Assembly: GCA_001788015.1 (NCBI GenBank)
Contig: MFZO01000044.1
Span: 1-62,393 of the forward strand
Origin: Candidatus Roizmanbacteria bacterium RIFCSPHIGHO2_02_FULL_38_11
GTDB lineage: Bacteria > Patescibacteriota > Microgenomatia > UBA1406 > GWC2-37-13
Length of the DNA stretch: 62,393 nucleotides
Direction: 5' to 3'
Part shown: positions 40,052 through 48,217 of the stretch, piece by piece
Position numbering within the stretch: the stretch's first letter is position 1
Layout: every line of letters starts with the position of its first letter
The notes under the pieces: generated by a model
The model's input: only the letters and a program-made list of their open reading frames with translations
What the model was told of the DNA's origin: nothing
Databases searched by the model: none
Translations under genes and position numbers: made by a program

Positions 40052-40837
40052 TTAAGTAATTTTAAATGTGGAGATTATCGGGTAATGGTCAGAAAATTTC
40101 ACCTCTATTCTTTCGGTTTTTAGCATTTTTAGATTTTTGAAGAATGTGTAGTCTGTTTTTACTCTACCGTTAAAATATTTTCTGAGGATTTTTGCAGCTA
40201 ACTCCTCAATCAAACCATACTGTGCAAACTTTTTATTTGGATATCTAATTGTGTAACTTATGTCACTAGTTGCTTCTATGAATCGATATTGCGTCATCAG
40301 GTTTTCTAATTTTTTTCTTCTGTAAGGAAAGTAATTAAAATCTCCTGTTATGATGATCGGTAGTTTTGTGTCTTTGACTGCATGATTTAATACTGTTTGG
40401 AGTTGTCTTGTCCGCGTACGATTTATTCCAACTACGGATAAATGGGCGTTATAGATCGCCACTGTTTTTTTATTTTCCGCTAATAAAAAATCCGTTCTTA
40501 GAATTGTTCGGGGTTTACTCACTTCCTTGAGTATTTTTACGATTGTGGTAATCATTTCATATACGCTTTTTGGAAGATTAAAAGAATCGCTTTTGACGAA
40601 CTCTATTTTTTTTGCCTTAAAATATGTAGCTACTCCATAAACTTTGCCAAACTTTATGAAAGAATTTGAGTAGTCAGCTAATTTATATCCAAACTTACCG
40701 AGTTTCCCCAAATTTTCTTCATTCGTGTCGACTTCCTGTAAACAAAGAACGTCGGGTTTATATTTGGATAGAATTTTCTCAAGCTGTATAAAAGCCTTGC
40801 CGAACAAGACGTTGTAAGTAAGGAGTGAAAAGATCAT
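40052..40837 (-). CDS. endonuclease/exonuclease/phosphatase family protein
   Basis: LLTYNV, LCLQEVD, NAHL, GDFN, SDHYPI. Confidence 0.93.
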   Translation of the reverse strand: MIFSLLTYNVLFGKAFIQLEKILSKYKPDVLCLQEVDTNEENLGKLGKFGYKLADYSNSFIKFGKVYGVATYFKAKKIEFVKSDSFNLPKSVYEMITTIVKILKEVSKPRTILRTDFLLAENKKTVAIYNAHLSVVGINRTRTRQLQTVLNHAVKDTKLPIIITGDFNYFPYRRKKLENLMTQYRFIEATSDISYTIRYPNKKFAQYGLIEELAAKILRKYFNGRVKTDYTFFKNLKMLKTERIEVKFSDHYPIISTFKIT

Positions 40838-41000
40838 ATCGTGGTTATATTATACAAAAAGATTAAAATAATACTAAAATCAGGTATGCACAAATTGTCC
40901 ACAATATTAGAGACAAAATATATAAGGCTCCAGGAAGCCACCTTTTCTCTATAATTTTCTATAGGATTATCTTATAGAAAATATTTTATTTCTATAGGTC

Positions 41001-41029
41001 TTGACAATTATTTAACAATAGTTTATAGT
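41001..41029 (+). promoter_or_regulatory. sigma70 promoter of small ORF
   Basis: TTGACA-N17-TATAGT, 6 nt before ATG 41036. Confidence 0.75.
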
Positions 41030-41035
41030 TTAGTT

Positions 41036-41188
41036 ATGAATAAAAATATCCTTTTGCAAGAATCTAAAAAGTACAAAAATAATCCTGAATATCCAGATAG
41101 AAAAGAACTAATGAGATTTGTTCGGCAGCAATTTCAATTATTAATGAAGAAAAATCTGCGAGTACCTGTAAAGCTATATCATTTATAA
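41036..41188 (+). CDS. 50-aa small basic protein (not in ORF track)
   Basis: MNKNILLQESKKYKNNPEYPDRKELMRFVRQQFQLLMKKNLRVPVKLYHL*; has its own consensus promoter. Confidence 0.65.
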   Translation: MNKNILLQESKKYKNNPEYPDRKELMRFVRQQFQLLMKKNLRVPVKLYHL

Positions 41189-41203
41189 AATACAGAAAAG
41201 TAC

Positions 41204-41306
41204 TAAAAAAAGAGCATCACTACCGCTCGTATTAGGGGACGACGAGTAGTAATGCTCTTTTTATCCCGAATATAGTGTGGACATCAGACATCCTTTCGGG
41301 ATTCAA
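41204..41306 (-). ncRNA. candidate structured small RNA
   Basis: Minus-strand TTGACA-N17-TATTGT promoter (41340-41312); stem ATCCCGAA/TTCGGGAT, then a long hairpin ending in a T-run. Confidence 0.5.
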
Positions 41307-41357
41307 CAAGAACAATAGCAAAAAGATTTTATTTTGTCAATAATGAGATGAGTCTTT

Positions 41358-43676
41358 TTAAAAAAATACTTTATACAGAGCCCCAAAACCATTTGAAGAC
41401 TTAAAGATTAGTTCTCCTAATTTAGAAAATTTTCTTTCGTTTAATTTTTGATATTTCTTTTTCTCGATTGTTGAAATAACTATATAATTTACTTTATATT
41501 TTTTAATAAGCGACAAAGTAAGGTCAATATCAGGCGATTCGTAAATATTTACAACGTCATTAATTCTATTACCTACAGTATCGGACGATCCTCTCCAAAG
41601 CCATTCGTGTACCCACCATCCAGCAACAGTTGGTAATCCCGTATAGGCAGAAACTCTTTCATAATCAGTATAGGAATCTCCTTGAGCTTCAAGGATGTTT
41701 GGTTGTCCCTTGATGTTTGAGTTTATGAAATCAATAATTTCTTTATCTTCAGAAAAAATTTCTTCTTTCTCGTCAAAAAAGTAATGCTCTAACCACTTGG
41801 AACCGTCTAACTTTATAGGACGATCAAGTTGGCCATAATATGACGGAATGGAATAGAATGGATAGATAGCAATGAAAAAAAAGAAAAAAACAAAAATAAA
41901 AGCTAACAAACGGCTTTTTATCTTGTCAAGAAGCTTTATTTTAGAAAAAGTATAAGTTGAGGCTATGCCCATCATAATAAAGGCCTGATAACCCAATTTA
42001 AACATCGTGTTGGCACGGAAGTGGGTTGGGTAAATGTCTTTGATATAAAAAAATTCGGGGATGATAATTAAGAATGTTCCGAAAGCAAAAAGAATGAAAG
42101 TGAATTGATCAATTGCTTCATTATCCCATTGTTTCATTGATTCTTTTCGGTTTTTAAGAAATTTTATTGACATAAATATAATAAAATTTATCCAGAAGAA
42201 GCCCCAAAGGACAGGAAGCATCCAGATTGGAGAGACTTGACAGTTGCCTTTCTCGAAAAGGAAAGGACCTAATTTTTTGACATTTACTAAAAATTCCGGA
42301 CTACAATTGACACCGATGCCTGTTACAAACGGCTTAAAGTTAATTGAAAAAGGTAAAGAAAATAAAACAAATGAAACAATCAGGAGACCAATATGGATGA
42401 GCAAGGCCTTCGTCAGTCGATAGAGAAAGAATAAGACGATTATCGTCAACAAAATGTAAATTGGCCCGTCAAAAGCGTTGGTCATATAGTGAACAGCGGT
42501 AAGAAAACCTAGGAAAATAGTAGTTAGTAGTGAGTAATTGATAGTTAGCAATTTAGGGAGATTAAGAGATAGTGAGATTGAGAAAATAGAATTACTTTTA
42601 GTTTTAAGATTTAAATTGTAATTTTGAGCGTTGTCCCGCCGTTGGTGGAATGAGTTTTGAGTTTCTGCTGGGTCGAGTTTAGATCTTACTAATAAAATGA
42701 ATAATATAGCTAACGTAAGTAAGACAAACGGTATAGCAAACACGTGTCCATGCAGGTCGGCTACTACCCAGGAATAAGATGGGAATTCGTGAATAGTCTC
42801 GGGAATGAACCGTGTTGCGTTGGGATACCAATATTTCGTTGGATTGTACCAAGATAAAATTTTCCAAAAAGGAATGGGGCTTTCGTTGGGATAGCCTTTT
42901 GTGAAAACATAGATCGTATGTAGGTTGCCGCCTAAATTGACGATAAAACTTCCAAGTAATCCAAAAAAGATCAATTTTCCAAAATGTAGAGAGCTTTGAA
43001 CTTTTGCTTTAACTTGAGAATAAAAACTATAAATAATGCCAGTTATAAATGAAAAAGTCTGTGTTACCGATAGGGCAAAAATTGTAGCTAAAATTAAATT
43101 ATAGCCAACAGCCGACTTCACTCCAGTTAATTTAATCAAGAACGCCGCTGTTAAATGCCCAAAATAATAATAATTTATGAAGTAACCATTGGGGTTTGAT
43201 TGATCGGCGGAAAGCCACATATCTAAAGGTGGGAAATATCTGGATCGTAAAATAGAATTCATAAAACCAAAGTCCATAAATTTCTCGAGTCCTCGAATCG
43301 ACGGTTCTTGCCCACGAATAAATGTCCAAAAGAATAAAGCAATTAAAAACAGAAGTTCTTCAAAAACAATAAGAAAGATAGATTGTCGATTGTTAACCGT
43401 TGATTGTTTATCTCTGTTTTTTTTGAATAAATATATGTTTAACAGGACAAATAAAAAAATTAAAAATAGAAGGTTCGTCCGAGAAAACTCCACAATTTTT
43501 AAAATTCCCAACACAAAAGCGGCATAGCTTAAAAAAAGAATTGCCAATATTTTTGCAAAGGCATACCCGAGATCGGGAAAAAATCTTCCAAAAATTTTCT
43601 GCGCTAAAGGAAAGAAGATGATACCCAAGATAAGAAGTATTACGTACCACTGCAATGTTGTGTATATCCAGTCCAT
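41358..43676 (-). CDS. DUF2298 (YYY) membrane protein
   Basis: GLEKFMDFGF, INYYYFGH, IHEFP.YS..DLHGH, RANTMFK.GYQ, TGLPTVAGW..HEWLWR. Confidence 0.92.
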   Translation of the reverse strand: MDWIYTTLQWYVILLILGIIFFPLAQKIFGRFFPDLGYAFAKILAILFLSYAAFVLGILKIVEFSRTNLLFLIFLFVLLNIYLFKKNRDKQSTVNNRQSIFLIVFEELLFLIALFFWTFIRGQEPSIRGLEKFMDFGFMNSILRSRYFPPLDMWLSADQSNPNGYFINYYYFGHLTAAFLIKLTGVKSAVGYNLILATIFALSVTQTFSFITGIIYSFYSQVKAKVQSSLHFGKLIFFGLLGSFIVNLGGNLHTIYVFTKGYPNESPIPFWKILSWYNPTKYWYPNATRFIPETIHEFPSYSWVVADLHGHVFAIPFVLLTLAILFILLVRSKLDPAETQNSFHQRRDNAQNYNLNLKTKSNSIFSISLSLNLPKLLTINYSLLTTIFLGFLTAVHYMTNAFDGPIYILLTIIVLFFLYRLTKALLIHIGLLIVSFVLFSLPFSINFKPFVTGIGVNCSPEFLVNVKKLGPFLFEKGNCQVSPIWMLPVLWGFFWINFIIFMSIKFLKNRKESMKQWDNEAIDQFTFILFAFGTFLIIIPEFFYIKDIYPTHFRANTMFKLGYQAFIMMGIASTYTFSKIKLLDKIKSRLLAFIFVFFFFFIAIYPFYSIPSYYGQLDRPIKLDGSKWLEHYFFDEKEEIFSEDKEIIDFINSNIKGQPNILEAQGDSYTDYERVSAYTGLPTVAGWWVHEWLWRGSSDTVGNRINDVVNIYESPDIDLTLSLIKKYKVNYIVISTIEKKKYQKLNERKFSKLGELIFKSSNGFGALYKVFF

Positions 43677-43691
43677 TATAAAAAAATAAAA

Positions 43692-43748
43692 AGATCCCTC
43701 ACCTATAGCTTAGCCAGGTGCAGTCTTGCGCCTGGCTTCGGGATGACG
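43692..43748. repeat. palindromic element arm
   Basis: Reverse complement CCGTCATCCCGAAGCCA..TGGCTAAGCTATAGGTGAGGGATCT shares its scaffold with the 25661 element. Confidence 0.8.
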
Positions 43749-43816
43749 GTTGATTAATGATTGCCGTCAATTTTTTATTATATAATACAACACAACCTAA
43801 AAGTAAATATGGATAT

Positions 43817-46135
43817 ATGGATAAAAAGTTTATACCTTCACAAGTTGAGGAGAGGATTTATGAGTTTTGGGAAGAGAATAGTTTATTGAAAGCAAAGAAC
43901 GGCAAACCTTTTACAATATTGATGCCTCCTCCCAATGCAAACGCTTCGCTTCATGCTGGACATGGGATGTACACAGTTGAAGATATTTTAATTCGATATA
44001 AAAGGCTAAGGGGCTTTTCCAGTCTTTGGATACCAGGAACAGACCACGCCGGTTTTGAAACTCAATACGTATACGAAAAACACCTTGCTAAACAGGGTAA
44101 ATCAAGATTCGATTTCAACAGACAGACTTTATATGACAACATTTCAAAGTTTGTAAAAGACAATTCAGGATTGATCTACAGCCAATTTAGAAAACTAGGG
44201 TTTTTGGCTGACTGGAAAAGAAGTGTTTTCACTCTCGACAAAAATGTTTTGGAGACGGTATTGGGAACTTTTACAAAAATGGAGAAAGAGGGATATATTT
44301 ATAAAGATGAATATATTGTTAATTATTGTACCCATTGTGGAACATCATTGTCAGAACTTGAGACAGTACATGTGGAACGCAAAGATCCCCTTTATTATCT
44401 TAAATACGGACCGTTTGTTTTAGCAACAGTCAGGCCGGAAACAAAATTCGGGGATACGGCTGTCGCGGTCCACCCTAAAGATAGACGATACAAAAAATGG
44501 GTAGGAAAAGAAATAGAGGTTAAGGGGTTGTTAGGTAGATTCAAGATCAAAGTAATAGAGGATGAAATGGTGGATATGAAATTTGGGACGGGAGTAGTTA
44601 AAATAACTCCAGCGCATGATCCCAATGATTTTGAAGCAGGAAAGCGACACGGTTTGGAAGTAAAGAGAATCATCAATATCGATGGAAGGTTGAATGAATT
44701 GACCGGCCCTTATGTGGGTCTAAAGGTAAAACAAGCAAGAATGAAAGTAGTGGAAGATTTAAAAATTAAAGGTTTAATCGAAAAAATTGATGAAAATTAT
44801 GCGCATTCGGTAACAGTCTGTTATAAGTGTGGACGAGACCTTGAGCCAACAATTATTCCTAACTGGTTTATCAAAGTGAAAGAACTTAAAAAACCAGTGA
44901 TTGGTGTTATAGAAAAAGAGAAAATAAAATTCTTCCCCAAAAGGTATAAAAAACAGATCTTGCAGTGGTTGAAAGTGATGCATGATTGGCCGATCAGCCG
45001 ACAGATTGCCTGGGGTATAAGAATTCCTGTCTGGTATCTTGTCAAGGATAACGAGAATAAAATTTGGATAAGTTTCATTGATAAAAATAGAGAATTTAAG
45101 AAAGGAACAATTGGACAGTATCTTGACAAAAGTCATAGTTTAAGTGAAATTAAACAAGGCTTGCAGCAAGTCACCGTACCCATTTATAAACGGGAAAAAG
45201 TAAAATACGTTGTTTCCGTCAAAGAACCACAAGACGGACAAGACTGGATTCAGGAGACAGATACTTTTGATACCTGGTTTTCCTCTGGTCAGTGGCCTTT
45301 GGTTACATTAAGTAAGGAAGAATATAAGACTAGATTTCCAACCGATGTGATGGGAACGTTAGCTGACATTTTGCCCTTTTGGGTTTCTCGTATGGTCATG
45401 TTCTCTTTATATGTTAAAAAGGAGATTCCCTTCAAAAATGTCTACCTTTGGTCAAAAGTAGTTGACAGTAAAGGTCAGAAAATGAGTAAAAGTAAAGGAA
45501 ATGTAATTAATCCGATTGATTTAGTCAATAGATACGGTGCCGATGCTTTTAGAGCTTCTTTGATTTTCGGTACGGGTTCAGGCGGTAATGTTCCATTGGC
45601 TGAAGAGAAAGTAATCGGTATGAGAAATTTTGCTAATAAGATATGGAATATAGGGCGATTCATCTGGATGAATCGTTCTGTCATCCTGAGTGAAACGAAG
45701 GATCTCTTGCGAATGCGAGACTCAAATAAATTGAGAGATTCTTCGGCTAAACCTCAGAATGACATAGAAAAAGCACTAAAAAACTTACAGAAAGAATTTG
45801 CTGAAGAAAAAAAGAAATACTTGAGGTTTATGGACTCTTATAAATTCTCCCAAGCTTTAGGGTTGGTTTATGAGTTTCTTTGGCGCAGATTTGCGGATTA
45901 CTATATTGAAGAATTGAAATCCCGACTAAATACCTTGGGATTAACTCCGAGGATTGGGTCGGAGTTGAAAGAAGAGTTAAGAACTGGTAAAATTAGAGTT
46001 CTTGATGAGTTGCAAAATGTATATTTTGAGAATTTAAAAATGCTTCATCCTTTTATACCTTTTGTGACAGAGGCGGTGTGGAAAGTGTTTAAGGGAGAAA
46101 ATAGTTCAATATTGTTAGAAAGGTTAAAGAGTTAA
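43817..46135 (+). CDS. valS: valine--tRNA ligase (no C-terminal coiled coil)
   Basis: MPPPNAN..LHAGH, PGTDHAG, FGTGVVKITPAHD, DTWFSS, KMSKSKGN, LHPFIPFVTE. Confidence 0.95.
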   Translation: MDKKFIPSQVEERIYEFWEENSLLKAKNGKPFTILMPPPNANASLHAGHGMYTVEDILIRYKRLRGFSSLWIPGTDHAGFETQYVYEKHLAKQGKSRFDFNRQTLYDNISKFVKDNSGLIYSQFRKLGFLADWKRSVFTLDKNVLETVLGTFTKMEKEGYIYKDEYIVNYCTHCGTSLSELETVHVERKDPLYYLKYGPFVLATVRPETKFGDTAVAVHPKDRRYKKWVGKEIEVKGLLGRFKIKVIEDEMVDMKFGTGVVKITPAHDPNDFEAGKRHGLEVKRIINIDGRLNELTGPYVGLKVKQARMKVVEDLKIKGLIEKIDENYAHSVTVCYKCGRDLEPTIIPNWFIKVKELKKPVIGVIEKEKIKFFPKRYKKQILQWLKVMHDWPISRQIAWGIRIPVWYLVKDNENKIWISFIDKNREFKKGTIGQYLDKSHSLSEIKQGLQQVTVPIYKREKVKYVVSVKEPQDGQDWIQETDTFDTWFSSGQWPLVTLSKEEYKTRFPTDVMGTLADILPFWVSRMVMFSLYVKKEIPFKNVYLWSKVVDSKGQKMSKSKGNVINPIDLVNRYGADAFRASLIFGTGSGGNVPLAEEKVIGMRNFANKIWNIGRFIWMNRSVILSETKDLLRMRDSNKLRDSSAKPQNDIEKALKNLQKEFAEEKKKYLRFMDSYKFSQALGLVYEFLWRRFADYYIEELKSRLNTLGLTPRIGSELKEELRTGKIRVLDELQNVYFENLKMLHPFIPFVTEAVWKVFKGENSSILLERLKS

Positions 46136-46200
46136 CGCGTTAACGAGTTAAGAAATAACACGTTAACCCATAAACACGTTAACACAATAACAGTTAAACA
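46122..46200. repeat. degenerate GTTAA-containing short repeats
   Basis: GTTAAAGA GTTAACGC GTTAACGA GTTAAG then TAACACGT TAACCCAT AAACACGT TAACAC. Confidence 0.55.
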
Positions 46201-46207
46201 AACATCT

Positions 46208-46342
46208 ATGAAGAGAACCTGGCAGCCAAAAAAGAAAAAAAGACTACGAAAACATGGCTTTTTAAAAAGGATGGCCACGCATGATGGAAGAAGAGTACTA
46301 AAAAGGAGAAGAATAAAACGAAGAAAACGTTTAACAGTATAA
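46208..46342 (+). CDS. rpmH: 50S ribosomal protein L34 (not in ORF track)
   Basis: [44 protein letters not shown]. Confidence 0.97.
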   Translation: MKRTWQPKKKKRLRKHGFLKRMATHDGRRVLKRRRIKRRKRLTV

Positions 46343-46343
46343 T

Positions 46344-47162
46344 ATGTTAACTCCCAATTTTTTCAGCACAACTTTTGTATTTCCTATACTCAATTTGCTA
46401 GTGTTTTTTTATAAAATCTTTCTTTTTATTAAAATTCCAGGAGCATTTGGTTTGGCAATTGTTGCTTTGACTGTTGTCATTCGCTTAATTCTTCACCCCT
46501 TTTTCAAACAACAAATTGAGACGAGCAAAAAAATGCAGGATTTGAAACCCCATCTTGACAGATTGTCACAGAAACACAAAAATGATAAGAAAAGAATACA
46601 GGAGGAACAGATGAAACTTTATCAACAGGCAGGGATAAATCCTGCCTCAGGTTGTCTTTTTATGATTATTCAGATACCTGTTTTTATAGCTCTGTATAAT
46701 ACGCTTTCTTTATTTTTACTTAATGGTAATGCGACAAAAATAATTTCTCAAATAAATAAAGTACTTTATCATCCTATGCTAAAAATCCAGACGATAGATC
46801 CCTGGTTTTTCGGATTTAATCTGGCAGTGTCTCCCGCAAAATCAGGTCAATGGTATTATTATGCATTGCCGATATTAACTGCTTTTCTGCAATATCTGCA
46901 GACACAAGCAATGACGCCGTCTTCTCCCCAAACCTCCGAGGTTAAAGAGGAGCGAGGCGACGGGAAAACCTCGGAGGTTAATAAGGATGGCAAAAAAAAT
47001 GGCGGAGATGATTTTCAAAAAGCTATGAATACACAGATGAAGTTCATATTTCCGCTTATGATCGGTTGGTTTTCCTATACTTTACCTGTTGGCTTGTCAC
47101 TCTATTGGAACATATTCTCAATTTTTAGTATAATGCAATATAGAAGAACAAATTCCAAATAA
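46344..47162 (+). CDS. yidC: membrane protein insertase YidC (short form)
   Basis: FGLAIVALTVVIR, MQDLKP, NPASGCL..IQIPVF, GLSLYW. Confidence 0.94.
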   Translation: MLTPNFFSTTFVFPILNLLVFFYKIFLFIKIPGAFGLAIVALTVVIRLILHPFFKQQIETSKKMQDLKPHLDRLSQKHKNDKKRIQEEQMKLYQQAGINPASGCLFMIIQIPVFIALYNTLSLFLLNGNATKIISQINKVLYHPMLKIQTIDPWFFGFNLAVSPAKSGQWYYYALPILTAFLQYLQTQAMTPSSPQTSEVKEERGDGKTSEVNKDGKKNGGDDFQKAMNTQMKFIFPLMIGWFSYTLPVGLSLYWNIFSIFSIMQYRRTNSK

Positions 47163-47345
47163 ATTACGAGTTTCGCACTTTCTGTCATCCTGAGGAGTTC
47201 CGATTTTCATCGGGATAAATTCCACGACGAAGGATCTCTGAACTTGTTTCAGTCTTGTATTCGCCAAGTCGAACTTGGCTTCGCAAGAGATTCTTCTCCG
47301 CCAGTTGGCGGATCAGAATGACAACTGCGAAACTCGTGTAAATTT
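47161..47345. repeat. multiply nested palindromic element
   Basis: Outer ACGAGTTTCGCA/TGCGAAACTCGT, inner TGTCATCCTGA..TCAGAATGACA, mini-palindromes CCGATTTTCATCGG and TCCGCCAGTTGGCGGA. Confidence 0.85.
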
Positions 47346-47365
47346 CAAAACTCAAATTTAAGAAA

Positions 47366-47839
47366 ATGGATAAAATTAAAACAATCAAATCCGAAACAGA
47401 AGAATTGCTAAAAAAAATGATCGATAAGTTTGAAGTAGAACTATCCCAAGAGGAAGAAGTGTTTCATGTTGTTATTAAAACAGATGAAGAAGCTCCAACA
47501 GTGATTGGTCGACACGGAGAAACTATTCGCGCTCTGCAAAAGATTTTAGAGGTTGTCTTGTACAAAAAATTCGGCGAACCGGTCGATCTGTTAGTAAATG
47601 TAAATGACTATAGAGAGAAACAGATAGAGCGGCTAGAAGGAATCGTCAAAGATATAGCGGAGCGAGTCAAAAATGAGAGTCGAGAAGTGCCTTTGCGTTC
47701 ATTTTCCTCATACGAAAGAAAAATAATCCATGAATATATTACGAAAAATTATCCAGACCTAACCTCTTATTCTGTAGGTGAAGGTCGAGACAGACAACTC
47801 ATTGTGGCTCCAAAAAAAGAGGAGAAGACTTCAGAATAA
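47366..47839 (+). CDS. jag: Jag/KhpB RNA-binding protein (KH + R3H, no Jag N-domain)
   Basis: VIGRHGETIRALQ, VNDYREK, SYERKIIH, SVGEGRDR. Confidence 0.9.
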   Translation: MDKIKTIKSETEELLKKMIDKFEVELSQEEEVFHVVIKTDEEAPTVIGRHGETIRALQKILEVVLYKKFGEPVDLLVNVNDYREKQIERLEGIVKDIAERVKNESREVPLRSFSSYERKIIHEYITKNYPDLTSYSVGEGRDRQLIVAPKKEEKTSE

Positions 47840-47865
47840 AACTTCTGTACAATAAAATTTAATAA

Positions 47866-47952
47866 TGTCATTTCGAGCGAAGCGAGAAATCCAGCGTCAG
47901 CATAATTGCGTTTCACTAGATTTTTCATCCGCTTCACTCCTTCGAAATGACA
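47866..47952. repeat. GTCAT...ATGAC palindromic element
   Basis: TGTCATTTCGAGCGAAGCGAGAAATC...GATTTTTC..TTCGAAATGACA. Confidence 0.85.
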
Positions 47953-47997
47953 GGTGATATTATTTGACTTTAGCCTATAGCAATAGTATACTTTATT

Positions 47998-48216
47998 ATG
48001 TATTCCCAAAAATACCGAAATTTACTAAAAAAGGCAGTTTTCTTTCTACCAATTTTACTTATTCTTCCTTTTGTCTTTGCTTTTGATACGCTTATCTACT
48101 TTATCACGCGCCCTGCTTGTCTCAGCTGTGGAAATCTGATAGAGTTTCTGAAGACAGCATCATTAAGCGTAGCTTTAATTGGCGGAGTTTTTGGTTATAA
48201 GTTGAAGAAAAAATGA
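47998..48216 (+). CDS. small membrane protein with CxxC
   Basis: Two hydrophobic helices around CLSC; TTGACT-N17-TATACT promoter upstream. Confidence 0.7.
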   Translation: MYSQKYRNLLKKAVFFLPILLILPFVFAFDTLIYFITRPACLSCGNLIEFLKTASLSVALIGGVFGYKLKKK

Positions 48217-48217
48217 T

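Noticed and set aside
41240..41300. Hammerhead ribozyme or known riboswitch in the candidate sRNA
   Set aside because: CTGATGT rather than CTGATGA and no correctly placed GAAA core; no downstream gene to regulate
47185..47388. 67-aa minus-strand ORF (also 47767-48009)
   Set aside because: Translations of the palindromic elements (VILIRQLAEKNL, CHFEG..EMT), not credible genes
9533..47952. Palindromic repeats as a CRISPR array
   Set aside because: Copies are dispersed and divergent, with no regular repeat-spacer period and no cas genes
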